Below are positions 1 to 9,678 of a DNA stretch of 64,000 bases, one piece after another. Numbering within the stretch: the first letter of the stretch is position 1; each line of letters opens with the position of its first letter. Made by a program: the position numbers and the translations under genes. Below the pieces are notes generated by a model that was not told where the DNA came from, did no database searches, and saw nothing but the letters and a program-made list of their open reading frames with translations. This DNA is from Candidatus Latescibacterota bacterium (GTDB taxonomy: Bacteria > Latescibacterota > UBA2968 > UBA8231): NCBI GenBank assembly GCA_965261395.1, contig OZ253462.1, forward strand, positions 5,408,001 through 5,472,000, written 5' to 3'.

Positions 1-579
1 GAAATCGGGATTGACATTCGCGCGCGATTGAATATATGGAGCGCCCGACGAGTAGCCCAAGAATTGGAGCCCTATAACATTGCGTGGATGGAAGAGCCGA
101 TTTTGTGGGATAATCCAGAAGCACTGGCGCAATTTGCCCACGAGGTGAATGTGCCCATTGCGACGGGTGAGCAATTGTACACTCGCTGGGATTTTCGTGC
201 GCTGTTGGAATTGAATGCGGTCGGGATCATTCAGCCGGATATTTGTCATGCAGGCGGCATCACTGAACTGAAGAAAATTGCCGCAATGGCTGAAACTTAT
301 TACGTGACGGTCGCCCCGCACAATTCCAATGGGCCGATCTCAACAATCGCCAGCTTGCATTTGGATATGTGTATTCACAACAGTTTGATGCAGGAAATTT
401 TTGTGTCGTCTATTGATCTGTACAACGAGGTCCTTACGCAACCTATCGAAGTGATCGATGGACATTGCGTGCCACCTGAAGGGCCGGGTTGGGGCGTAGA
501 GTTGCGCGAGGATGTTATGGAGCAACATCCGCCGAAGTCGTTTACGCCTGTTGAGTCTGAACCGTATGTGGAATTTTAA
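1..579 (+). CDS. Mandelate racemase/muconate lactonizing enzyme family protein (galactonate dehydratase-like), 5'-truncated by the window edge
   Basis: Frame is open from base 1. Motifs WMEEP, PIATGE, IIQPDICHAGGITE, APHN and PGWGVE are typical of the enolase-superfamily barrel. Confidence 0.9.
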   Translation, partial: EIGIDIRARLNIWSARRVAQELEPYNIAWMEEPILWDNPEALAQFAHEVNVPIATGEQLYTRWDFRALLELNAVGIIQPDICHAGGITELKKIAAMAETYYVTVAPHNSNGPISTIASLHLDMCIHNSLMQEIFVSSIDLYNEVLTQPIEVIDGHCVPPEGPGWGVELREDVMEQHPPKSFTPVESEPYVEF

Positions 580-664
580 GGCGCGGGTGTTCTATGAGGA
601 TTAGGGATTATACCGACGGGGGTGATTCGTGAAAGCGTAGGAAAAATCGACAAAAAGCTAACGG

Positions 665-708
665 CCGGCCTCCGCGTCGTCACACATGACGCGGAGGCCG
701 GTTTATTG
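665..708. terminator. GC-rich hairpin between convergent genes, probable intrinsic terminator
   Basis: Perfect 14-bp stem ccggcctccgcgtc / gacgcggaggccgg followed by tttattg. Confidence 0.6.
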
Positions 709-1057
709 TTACCGTGAATCGCGCTTGAATTGCACGTACGCGGGCTGCTCGGCAGCTTCCGCCTTATCAGCGGCTTGGCCAAAAGCATCCATGATTTCTT
801 CGTAATCCGAGCCATAAGACACAGTGACAACCGACGCGGAATCCACAGCCGCTGAGGACATGTCGTCAGCGGCACACGTCACTATTACCGTCATAGGCGT
901 GTATATGCCCGAAGTCAAAGCTCCTACAAGCCCGTTCAAAAAGCTCTGCTGCGTCTCGACCCTAGCTACGCCATTTTCGCACTCGCTTTGCGCTTCGACC
1001 ACCGACGGCGGCACGAGGCCAGCTATCCAGCTATGCTTCCACATCTCCACCGTCTTA

Positions 1058-2143
1058 TTGACCTCTGCATTTTTAAAGGAATAGTTTATATTCATTTATA
1101 TGAGACCTAAAGGTAGTGCCGATCGGCTGGAATATCGTCGTCAATGGGCGGCTCAGTTGCTTGATGCCGGCAAAGGCGTCAACGAAGTAGCTCGTCTGGT
1201 CCAAGTCTCCCCTTCCTCGGTGTCTCGTTGGAAGTCGATGAAAGCGCAAGCCGGCGAGGCGGGACTCAAAGCCAAACCGCATCCGGGTCGGGGCTGTCAG
1301 TTGAGTCCCCAAGACAAGGATCAGTTGAAACAGCTTCTACTCCAAGGTCCCCAGGCGGCTGGCTTTGATAGCGCGCTGTGGACCTGTCGGCGTGTCGCGC
1401 AGGTGATGGCCCAAACGTTTGGGGTGTCCTATCATCCCGATCACGTGGGTCGTCTGCTGCATGGGTTGGGTTTTTCATGCCAGTATCCCCAGCACCGGGC
1501 GCGCGAACGGGAGGAGGAGGCCATCCGCCAATGGCGCTTAGTGGAGTGGCCGCGGATTAAAAAAAAGCCCGGCACCAGGGGGCGACCATCGCCTTGATGG
1601 ATCAGAGCGGCTTCATGCTGCAACCCACCCGTCGTAGGACGTGGGCTTTGTCGGGTCACACGCCCATACACAAGGTGTGGGATCGCCACGATCGCTTGTC
1701 GGTTCAGGCCGCCGTTACCTTGCCGCCTCGGCGCCAGCGGTTGGGCGTTTATTTCCGAATGTATGAGCATAATATCGACCGGCAGGATGTGGTATCCTTT
1801 GTCGGTCATCTGCTGCGTATGATACGACGCAAGGTCGTGCTCATTTTGGATCGGTGGAGTGTCCATCGCGCCGCGGTGGCGGTATTGCACAAAAGGTATC
1901 CGGATCGACTCACCATCGAATGGTTGCCCGCCTATGCACCCGAATTGAATCCGGCTGAACAGGTCTGGAATCATACTAAGTATGGCGATCTAGCCAACTT
2001 CATTCCAGACCACATCGACGACGTAGCAGATGCGGTCTGCATGTCAATCACCGCCCAGCATCACGATAACGACCTGATTCGAGGCTTCTTCAAGTATGCA
2101 CAACTTAAACTGTAAAACATTCCTTTATATTTGCAGGACTCAA
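1058..2143 (+). mobile_element. IS630-family insertion sequence, 1086 bp
   Basis: Imperfect terminal inverted repeats: ttgacctctgcatttttaaaggaat vs reverse complement ttgagtcctgcaaatataaaggaat. TA duplication at 1056-1057 and 2144-2145. Transposase ORFs lie inside. Confidence 0.95.
1100..2115 (+). CDS. IS630 transposase in two ORFs (1100..1597 HTH part; 1594..2115 DDE part), probably joined by a -1 frameshift
   Basis: N-terminal HTH/winged-HTH (LWTCRRV). C-terminal DQSGF, ILDRWSVH and LPAYAPELNPAEQVW. An A8G slippery run at 1559-1567 precedes the second ORF, which is in the -1 frame. Confidence 0.9.
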
Positions 2144-2450
2144 TAGGCCCCGGGGCAAGCCCAGTATCAATGGTCGCGTGATAACATCCGGCCAGAAGAA
2201 ACAGGCTGAAAAAGACTACTACGAGAAAACTCCCCTGCAAACGCTTGATCATTTTAACCCCCTTGGGTTGACAAAAAATTACCGGCCTCTAGGCCGCGAG
2301 TGGGATAGGATAGGCAAAGTGCCAAGGCTACTCAAGTAGGGACAAGGCCTAGGTGGTTGTCCCCTGTTTGGACAGGTATAGGGGGCGGCCCCTCGTAGTT
2401 GGTCTAGACGCCCGCGCCGGTTGATTACCTCACGCCCTGCTTGGCCAGTC

Positions 2451-4082
2451 CTAACGGAGCCAATCCTCCCATCGACGTGCCAGATCCATTCGCGCATCGC
2501 GAAGCGCGTCCGAGTAATACCGAACTCCGTGCAGGTCAGGGTACTTTAACGACAGGCGATGTCCTGTTATTGCTTCCAATGTATCTCTTCGGGCCGCGAA
2601 GAGGCCTATTCGATCCATGCGGGCGTCCCCTTCGAGACCGGAGACGATTGCTTCGGCGAAACGAGGATGAGCCATTCTGCTGGCAAGGTGCAAGGATACA
2701 TAACGGACATCCAAGCTCGTGTCGCTGAAAAGGGTGCGAAGAGATGCGCTGCACTCAGACCACAAATCTGGACAATTTTGCAGCAGGTATACCGCCGCCG
2801 AACGGACAATTGGCGAAACGTCCCGACACGCTTCCTCGATGTAGTCCGAGTTTACATCGGACGTTTTGCTTGCTAGGGCACATACGGTAGCGGCACGAAC
2901 CTCAGGTTCCGGATGGATTAAACACTTGCTGATTGGTTTCACAGCCGCGTCCGGGAGTGCATCACCAACAAAAGAGAGGATGACATCCTTTACCTGCTCA
3001 GAATCGCCGGCACTAAGTCGATCCATCCGGTATTCGACCGAACTTTTCCGCCACGCTGACCAGGTTTGGTAGGGGCTCGTTACCGGCTCGGGTGGATGCT
3101 CCGCCGCTTCCATCGCCAAAGCACCTTCGACTGAAACCAGACCGGCGCGCAGGTCCGACCACTGTGGACGCTTCAGCGCCGAAGCGATAAGGGCCGTTTT
3201 CATTTTTAGGGCGGTCCAACTCGGATGCGCCTGCCACACACAGGCAGCGGCTCCAAGAACAATCGGCCCCGAGAACGATGTCCCAATGTTGCGAGCATAG
3301 CGACGTGGGAGATCGTCTGTCTTACCGTAAAAGTGGTTTTCGATCTCTTCGTCGGTTCCGTAGGGAAGGACGATGTTTTCCGCCGGTGCCAGAATCTCCG
3401 GAATCCATTTCCCTTCGAAGGTCGTTCCTCGGCTCCCTAAAAACATGTCGGCCCGGTCCAGGTCCCCGTCCGGAGAAATCGCGATCCCTCCGACGGAAAG
3501 GACCGACGGAGCCGCGGGTTCGGTAAGCCCAGCAGTCCGGTCGGAGGTATTCCCCGACCCTGCCATCACGAGCACGCCTGCGGCCGCTATTTCTTCACAC
3601 AAGATGCGTGTCGAGTCCGTTTGCCAGGGCAGAAGGCTCGAGTCGATCCCAAGTTTTTCTGCTGACAATACACCTCGTATCTCATACTTGCTCCAGTTGT
3701 CCCGAACCCATTCCAGCGCCTTAAGATGTGCTTCATATCGCCTTTCAGGATCCTGACTCTGGCCGGGGAAGTATTCGGCGACGAGAAAGAGATCGGCTTC
3801 CGGTGCGATCCCCCGATATAGACCTTGCGATTCGGCACCTGATCCAGCAGCCGCGCTCGCGGCCCACAGCCCATGCGCGCCTCCTTTCCATGGTCCAAGC
3901 TCCGCTTCGAACACCTTGGGCTGCGGTTCGGACTCCATCACCATTACTTTGTAAGTTGTACGTTGTTCGTTGGTGGTGATATCGGGATGGCTTGGGAAAT
4001 CCCCATCGACAACAGCAATACGAACACCTTTCCCCGTAAGTTCATCAGGCACACTCAGGAAGTCGCGCAACGTCGGCCACAT
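2451..4082 (-). CDS. S8 (subtilisin-like) serine peptidase with C-terminal HEAT-like repeats
   Basis: Catalytic motifs AVVDGD, HGLWAA, GSGN and GTSFSGP. C-terminal PEVRAATVCALA and PIVRSAAVYLL repeats. Start placed at the ATG after an AGGAGG RBS (MWPTL). Confidence 0.85.
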   Translation of the reverse strand: MWPTLRDFLSVPDELTGKGVRIAVVDGDFPSHPDITTNEQRTTYKVMVMESEPQPKVFEAELGPWKGGAHGLWAASAAAGSGAESQGLYRGIAPEADLFLVAEYFPGQSQDPERRYEAHLKALEWVRDNWSKYEIRGVLSAEKLGIDSSLLPWQTDSTRILCEEIAAAGVLVMAGSGNTSDRTAGLTEPAAPSVLSVGGIAISPDGDLDRADMFLGSRGTTFEGKWIPEILAPAENIVLPYGTDEEIENHFYGKTDDLPRRYARNIGTSFSGPIVLGAAACVWQAHPSWTALKMKTALIASALKRPQWSDLRAGLVSVEGALAMEAAEHPPEPVTSPYQTWSAWRKSSVEYRMDRLSAGDSEQVKDVILSFVGDALPDAAVKPISKCLIHPEPEVRAATVCALASKTSDVNSDYIEEACRDVSPIVRSAAVYLLQNCPDLWSECSASLRTLFSDTSLDVRYVSLHLASRMAHPRFAEAIVSGLEGDARMDRIGLFAARRDTLEAITGHRLSLKYPDLHGVRYYSDALRDARMDLARRWEDWLR

Positions 4083-4113
4083 ATTCCCTCCTATGGAGTT
4101 TTGAGAAGCGTTC

Positions 4114-6261
4114 TTAGACGAGCTGCTCATGGGGCTGCGCCTCGGCCACATGACAATTGAACCAATCCAGAACGCGCCGATACAGATCATCGAGAGCATC
4201 GCGGGACCAAGCAGATGTGCCATGGTGCTCGTCCTTGTACAGCCGTAGCTCGACGCGCTTACCAAGCCGGCGCAGGGCGACGAACGTATCTTCGGCCTGA
4301 TTGGAACCGGCCTGATCCCCTGTACCACACACAACCAATAGTGGAGTAGACACTCGATCTAGGTAGAAGAAGGGTGAGTTCTCGATGTACGCGGCCCGAT
4401 TCTCCCACGGCGAGCCGCCGAGACGGGCCTGTCCCGTTTCGCACCATCCTATATGGTGGATGTAGAAGCTCGTCATATTCACACCCCAAGGGGCAATAGC
4501 CAGTGCAGCTCGGAATCTGTCGGTCTGCGCGATCAGCGCCACAGTGCTATATCCGCCATAACTCGTGCCCATTAGCCCCACGCGGTTGCCATCGGCCAGA
4601 CCGAGTTCGACCGCTCGATCCACAGCGGCGAGTACCGGGTCCACAAGACCGATCATCGGGTCTTTCTCTCCCAGCGGCACCTCCGGGAACAACACCGCGT
4701 AACCGGCGCTGCACAGGAGCTGTGGCTCGATAGCCTGTGGCCCTTGGAGGCTAAAGCGATTGATCGTCCCCACACCTCGGTACCCCCCATACACACTGAC
4801 GATCATTGGATACGGCGGCTGCGTCTCAGGAGGAAGCAACATCACTCCCCGGCACTGTATGCCGGCTGCTTCGAAGTCGATCAGTTCACTGCGGCCGAGC
4901 TTGGATACCTGAACTTCAGGAGCTAGGCAAAATAGCCAGTCATGGCTTCCAGCCTCTATGCACAACACAGAGGGTGGACGCTTTGCCTCCTCCACCATCA
5001 GGTAGTAGCGCCCGGAGGAATCATCCACCTCCATGCACCAAATTTGACCCGTGCACGTGCCTGGGATATCTGCTACGTGCTTCAGCCCTCCGTCCTGGCC
5101 TAGATGGGCGACCTGCCCGCTCAGGTCGGACCGATTCTGCAGCACGACGGGCAGGTCCCCGTCCTGCGTCAATTGAATGGTGGATGCAGTCGGTCGTGCG
5201 ATCCAATGGCGCATAACCCACTCTTTTGGAATCGATGCGCAGCGGTGACGGCCGGATTCCAGATCGAATTGCCACCAGGCCTTCCTACCGAGTGAGTACA
5301 GCTTTGAACTATCCGCACTCCATCGCGGCGTGTCGTATTTAAGCAAAAGGTCGAACTCCGACCCCGGAGTCAGATTTACAGGCTCTGCAGAACCATCGGC
5401 CGCGACGACGAACAGCTCGTCGGGCTGCCCTCTACCGGAGGAGGTGTACGCAACACTCGCTGAATCCGGGGACCACGCGTAGTTGATTCCGAAGGCGCTG
5501 GCGATGTTCACGACGAGCACCCTTTCCACGCCGGTCTCAATATCCACGGTGAAAAGCTCGAACAGGGAGTACTGCAAGTTCGTTACATATTCGACGTGGC
5601 GCGTACAGGCCACATGCCGGCCATCGGGCGCAATGCGCCATTGGCTGGAGGCCCATTGTTCTAGCAGCCTCTTGACGGACCCAGTCGAGAGGCTGACATG
5701 GCCCAACTCACACTGCCACCAACTCGATAGAGCCGGCTCGACCTCCGTGGTTGCGTCGGGATCGTTGGATCTGACGTCGATCTCTGGCACGGGGCCGTGC
5801 GCATCTTCCCGATAGTCGCGATCAGCAGGCCAGAGGGGCACTACGATCCCCTTTCCATCGGGCGTCCACACTGGCAGATCAAAACCAAAGCGGACTAGAA
5901 CAGGCGCATTCCGCAGCAACTCAACCTCCCCCGTACCAACTTCCCACAGCCCCAGACATGCCACTCCTTCGTGCCACACGCAGGCCACCAGCCTGTCACC
6001 CGCTGGCGACCACTGAGCCCCCCAGCTTACACTGCCTTCGGGAAAAGGCCGCATCGACTCCCCGGTGGCTGTATCCACGACAACCACCGAACTGCCGGCC
6101 ATTTCCATAGGCACACCCCACTCGTCGAATCTCGGTCCTCGTGCACCTTCGGTACGTCTTTGTACGCCGAGCGCGAGCCGCCGTCCATCCGGGGACAGGT
6201 GAAAGGGCATCCGCCCGGTGGGTTTGGGCAGATCGATGAGAGAGGCGATGGTATTCTCCAT
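4114..6261 (-). CDS. S9 prolyl oligopeptidase-family peptidase with N-terminal TolB-like beta-propeller
   Basis: Nucleophile motif GTSYGG, then GTGD and DEHHG. Repeated WSPD/SPDG propeller motifs. GGAGG RBS before MENTIAS. Confidence 0.9.
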   Translation of the reverse strand: MENTIASLIDLPKPTGRMPFHLSPDGRRLALGVQRRTEGARGPRFDEWGVPMEMAGSSVVVVDTATGESMRPFPEGSVSWGAQWSPAGDRLVACVWHEGVACLGLWEVGTGEVELLRNAPVLVRFGFDLPVWTPDGKGIVVPLWPADRDYREDAHGPVPEIDVRSNDPDATTEVEPALSSWWQCELGHVSLSTGSVKRLLEQWASSQWRIAPDGRHVACTRHVEYVTNLQYSLFELFTVDIETGVERVLVVNIASAFGINYAWSPDSASVAYTSSGRGQPDELFVVAADGSAEPVNLTPGSEFDLLLKYDTPRWSADSSKLYSLGRKAWWQFDLESGRHRCASIPKEWVMRHWIARPTASTIQLTQDGDLPVVLQNRSDLSGQVAHLGQDGGLKHVADIPGTCTGQIWCMEVDDSSGRYYLMVEEAKRPPSVLCIEAGSHDWLFCLAPEVQVSKLGRSELIDFEAAGIQCRGVMLLPPETQPPYPMIVSVYGGYRGVGTINRFSLQGPQAIEPQLLCSAGYAVLFPEVPLGEKDPMIGLVDPVLAAVDRAVELGLADGNRVGLMGTSYGGYSTVALIAQTDRFRAALAIAPWGVNMTSFYIHHIGWCETGQARLGGSPWENRAAYIENSPFFYLDRVSTPLLVVCGTGDQAGSNQAEDTFVALRRLGKRVELRLYKDEHHGTSAWSRDALDDLYRRVLDWFNCHVAEAQPHEQLV

Positions 6262-6333
6262 GGATTCCCTCCATTGTGGGGAAAAATGGCTGCGATTCTG
6301 CGGTCTTTGGATGGCGGATTTGCGCGTTGACAA

Positions 6334-6362
6334 AGAGTACTGGAGGGTATTACTATTGTCAA
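6334..6362 (-). promoter_or_regulatory. Putative sigma70 promoter for the S9-S8 operon
   Basis: Minus strand TTGACA (6362-6357), 17 bp, TACTCT (6339-6334). Confidence 0.5.
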
Positions 6363-6413
6363 TATAAAAATGCCGTATCTATATGTTTATATTGATGATA
6401 TGATATATTACAT

Positions 6414-6442
6414 TTGACAGCATTCAGCCGATTGTTTATATT
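6414..6442 (+). promoter_or_regulatory. Near-consensus sigma70 promoter facing the 6454-6504 hairpin
   Basis: TTGACA (6414-6419), 17 bp, TATATT (6437-6442). Confidence 0.5.
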
Positions 6443-6453
6443 TCATGTACAAG

Positions 6454-6504
6454 AAAAAGATGGGGGCCGCTTACGTGAGCAGCCCCCATCTTTTTGTTTT
6501 TTTT
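6454..6504. terminator. Bidirectional intrinsic-terminator-like hairpin
   Basis: aaaaagatgggggccgc-ttacgtga-gcagcccccatcttttt, followed by a long T run. Confidence 0.7.
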
Positions 6505-6634
6505 ACGCTTTCAGAATTGAGCGGATTGTAGGCGCGTGGAATCTGTGCTCAAATTTCCCATAGGTAATCTCCATTTTCGGGATTAGAAAGTTTTTTTTAT
6601 TAGTTCTCTCTTAAAAAAGGGTTCGTCCGCTCCC

Positions 6635-6960
6635 GTGGAACATGGTAGCGACAACTCCCGCGATAAGGTGCCCACGGAGCTAATCCTCCCCAAGGGTCTC
6701 GACGCCGATTGGGCGTCTTTTTTGCAGGCTCGACTCGCAGGAGCCGAGGCGCACCACTGCGCCCAAGAGCCGTGGAGCAGTTGGATCCGATCCCGTCTCG
6801 CAGAGTTCGCCGAACCTCCTTTTCCCCACGTCTTCCTGCACGCCGACTTGACGGAGGATCACTTTCTGCTCACCAAGCGCGAAGACGGTTCCTGGTTCGT
6901 CTCCGGGATCATCGACTTTGGCGATGCCCGCATCGGTCATCCATTCTACGGGAACAGATG
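6635..6960 (+). pseudogene. Aminoglycoside phosphotransferase/kinase-like fragment
   Basis: Brenner-type motif HADLTEDHFLL and GIIDFGDA are present. The N-lobe is missing and the ORF runs into unrelated sequence overlapping the PIN gene. Confidence 0.6.
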
Positions 6961-7025
6961 TCCGGCTGGGCGATCTACCCCACCGTACGTCCTAGGACGC
7001 CTGTTCGTTTTTTGCTGCGTCACAA

Positions 7026-7454
7026 TTAGAGCAACTCGACCTTTTGTACACTACACATATGGCCGAAATCAATGCTATTGAATGTGAGCATTGCGTCTAT
7101 ACGGACATTGGTATCAGCAAGGATAGCGCAGAGAACAGCATCTACGAGACTCATAGCATTGCGTCGCGCTTTGGCCTGTGCAAACACATCTTCATACGCA
7201 TCGAGGCGATAGGGGGAATCATCTAGCAACACTGTATCATGGGCGCGAAGAATACTCTCGAACCGCACAATCATCTCTGGCCTTCGAATAAACCGCGTGT
7301 TGATAGTCTCGTACAGGATTGGCCACGGAATGACAACCGAGAGAGCTTCCAGCCAGTCTTGTTTTTCGCAGGCATCGGCATGATGCTGATCGCGTGGTTC
7401 GAAGAGCGCAAAGAAGAAACCCGAGTCCACTAAAAGCGTATTATTCCTGATCAT
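7026..7454 (-). CDS. PIN-domain (VapC-like) protein
   Basis: LLVDSGFFFAL...DQHH, ILYET, MSLVDAV and MLTFN..DF fit the PIN acidic-residue pattern. Confidence 0.85.
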   Translation of the reverse strand: MIRNNTLLVDSGFFFALFEPRDQHHADACEKQDWLEALSVVIPWPILYETINTRFIRRPEMIVRFESILRAHDTVLLDDSPYRLDAYEDVFAQAKARRNAMSLVDAVLCAILADTNVRIDAMLTFNSIDFGHMCSVQKVELL

Positions 7455-7758
7455 CGCTGTCGGCCTCGTGCGTGCCGAAACCATCCCAAGGGGCGCTCTT
7501 GCGTCCGCCAATTATGAATCGGCCTCTCATTTTCTTGTCGTCTCTATAAATAATGTATATCCGCGCACGCTTGTTCAGCGAGACCGCGTCCTCTATCTCG
7601 GCCTTGAGCGACTCAAGCAAGTCTCCATCATAGGAAAACGAGAAATATGCCACGCTATTGCCGCATTCCTTTGCATTGTGATCATCGAGCCAAGCGTACA
7701 GGCTTTCGTAATCGCCTGTCACACCGAGGTCATAAGACATCCAAACAGTTCTCTTCAT
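7441..7758 (-). CDS. Small hypothetical protein with a Cas2/VapD-like N-terminal motif
   Basis: MKRTVWMSYDLGVTGDYESLYAWL. About 105 aa, overlapping the start of the PIN gene. Confidence 0.6.
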   Translation of the reverse strand: MKRTVWMSYDLGVTGDYESLYAWLDDHNAKECGNSVAYFSFSYDGDLLESLKAEIEDAVSLNKRARIYIIYRDDKKMRGRFIIGGRKSAPWDGFGTHEADSDDQE

Positions 7759-7783
7759 TTGCTCATTCTTTTCGCATAGGGAC

Positions 7784-8749
7784 TTACGTTTTCGCCGCCA
7801 TAATCTCGGCCGCCTCAATCTGATCCACTAGCGCGATCGAGTGGATCACGTCGCGGATGTCGGTGATCGGCTGCCGATTTTCAACCACGCAATCGACGAA
7901 GTGCTCGTGCATGGTCAAGACCCCCTCGTAGCGAGGCACGTCGTCTTCGGGCACGTCGTCGATTTCCCAGCCGCCGAGGGTGCGGACTTGGCTGTCCTCG
8001 TGGATTTCGATTTCATTGGGAATTTTCATGTAACAGCCAATGCCCACGCCGTGTAGCTCCGAGCGCAGCACCCGTCCGCCAGAGGCGCGGTTGCCGAACA
8101 TCACGCCGGTCGAGCGGTTGTCAAAGCGCACCAGCGCAGTGTAGTGGTCGAAGCCCTCACCGCCGAATTTGTCCTGATAGGCGGTAACTTCCACCGGCTC
8201 GCCACCGGCCATGTAGCGCAGCAGATCGACGATGTGGACCAGGTCGTTCCACAAGGTGGTGGTGAACTCGTCAGCGCGCTGCGGAAGCTGTTTGTTGAAG
8301 GTCGTCGTCGCCAGCGACACCGGGCCTTTGGCCGCAACCAGGCGCATGGCCTCGCGGGTGACAGCGGTATAGCGGCGTTGGAGACCGACCATCACCCAGA
8401 CGCCGTGGCGCTCGGCAGCCTCTAAAATCGCCCGGGTCTCGTCGCTGTTGGCCCCGGGCGGCTTTTCGATAAACAGGTGCTTGCCCGCGGCGATGCAGTC
8501 GAGGGCCGGCTGCAGGAGCCACTTCTCGTTCATCACGCAATAGACGATGTCCGGGTCGATCTCGTCGAGCATGGCGCGGTGGTCTTGGTACGTGCGCGTA
8601 AAGCCATACTTTGCGACCACTTGCTTGAGACGCTCCTCGTCCAACTCGCAAACCGCAGCCATCTCCACCCGGTCGGCGAGGCGATGGATCGATGGGTAGT
8701 GGGCGCTCTGGCCGCGGCCCCCCGCGCCGATAAATCCCGCTTTAAGCAT
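7784..8749 (-). CDS. Gfo/Idh/MocA family oxidoreductase
   Basis: GFIGAGG Rossmann motif, GKHLFIEKP, HIVDL. Confidence 0.9.
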   Translation of the reverse strand: MLKAGFIGAGGRGQSAHYPSIHRLADRVEMAAVCELDEERLKQVVAKYGFTRTYQDHRAMLDEIDPDIVYCVMNEKWLLQPALDCIAAGKHLFIEKPPGANSDETRAILEAAERHGVWVMVGLQRRYTAVTREAMRLVAAKGPVSLATTTFNKQLPQRADEFTTTLWNDLVHIVDLLRYMAGGEPVEVTAYQDKFGGEGFDHYTALVRFDNRSTGVMFGNRASGGRVLRSELHGVGIGCYMKIPNEIEIHEDSQVRTLGGWEIDDVPEDDVPRYEGVLTMHEHFVDCVVENRQPITDIRDVIHSIALVDQIEAAEIMAAKT

Positions 8750-9581
8750 GATCTTCCCCTTTCTGGCACAAAGCCGTAAAAAAGCGTACATCAATCCGCG
8801 CCAAGTCGATGACGCTTTCCACCGGCTCGCCGCTGTACTCGCTGTGGAAGCTGACCGGGCCGGCAAAGTCCAGCCGCTTCAAGGTCGCGATCACCGCAGG
8901 CCAATCGACAAAGCCCTGCCCCATCCGCACGACGCCACTGCCGGGTGCGCCCTGCTGGGTAATGCTCAAAGACCGCTGGCGGGCCAGATCCTTAAACGCG
9001 ACCAGACACAAGTGCGAGCGTACGATGTCGAGGGCCATAGCAATCGGCTCGCCGCACAGCGCCAAGTGCCCGGGGTCGGCGAAGACGCCCACGTATTGCG
9101 GGTCGCAATCCTTGACGATATTCATGGCGGCGCAGGCATTGAGGCCCATAGACGCGCCCGAATGATTGTGGATGGCGGTTTTGACGCCGTATTTTTCCGA
9201 CAGCGCTTGAAAGCCCTGCATAAAACCCCGCACCTCGTCTAACTGCGTCCAGTAAGCCACATCCGGCTCCCAGTGCCAATAGCCGAGCTTGACGTGGGCT
9301 ACGCCGGCTGCACCCAAGGCCGCGTAATACCTTTCCGCGTAGTCGAGGTCCGGGCGGTTGAAGTCACCCGGAGCCGTGACCAAGGGGATGCAAAGACCGG
9401 CGTCTGCAAAGTGGCGCGCAGCCTCCGGCAGGGCCGTGGCCACATTGTCGGGGTTGACCGGGTAGCCGTCGCGCACACACAGATCGGCTCCCTGCACACC
9501 CATGGCCTGCAAGGCGTCGATGATTTGCGGGACATCGAGGCCCTCTAAATGTTTAGTAAATGCGATATACGTCAGATCCAC
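8742..9581 (-). CDS. Sugar phosphate isomerase/epimerase (xylose isomerase-like TIM barrel)
   Basis: IHNHSG, DPGH, VAFKD, GQGFVDW and SFHSEY motifs. GTG start after AAAGGAG. Confidence 0.85.
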   Translation of the reverse strand: MDLTYIAFTKHLEGLDVPQIIDALQAMGVQGADLCVRDGYPVNPDNVATALPEAARHFADAGLCIPLVTAPGDFNRPDLDYAERYYAALGAAGVAHVKLGYWHWEPDVAYWTQLDEVRGFMQGFQALSEKYGVKTAIHNHSGASMGLNACAAMNIVKDCDPQYVGVFADPGHLALCGEPIAMALDIVRSHLCLVAFKDLARQRSLSITQQGAPGSGVVRMGQGFVDWPAVIATLKRLDFAGPVSFHSEYSGEPVESVIDLARIDVRFFTALCQKGEDHA

Positions 9582-9678
9582 GATGCGTGCTCCTTTCTCT
9601 ATATTTGTTTGACAAAGCGTGGTAAGGGTATCAAAATATCGGCTACATGCCAACGAATTAAACGGAGCAAGTCGAATT

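Larger units (their letters stand above)
709..2252 (-). pseudogene. Bor/Iss-family lipoprotein gene interrupted by IS630
   Basis: The 5' part (2252..2144) has lipobox LAGC. The 3' part has CENGVARVETQQSFLNGLVGALTSGIYTPMTVIVTC, resembling lambda Bor. Removing 1058..2143 plus one TA restores the in-frame sequence ...GLAPGPKTVEMWKHSW... Confidence 0.85.

Noticed and set aside
4114-6574. Lasso peptide cluster (S9 as isopeptidase)
   Set aside because: No asparagine-synthetase-like cyclase, B protein or convincing precursor.
7441-7758. True cas2 of a CRISPR-Cas locus
   Set aside because: No cas1, other cas genes or array nearby. Only a short motif resemblance.
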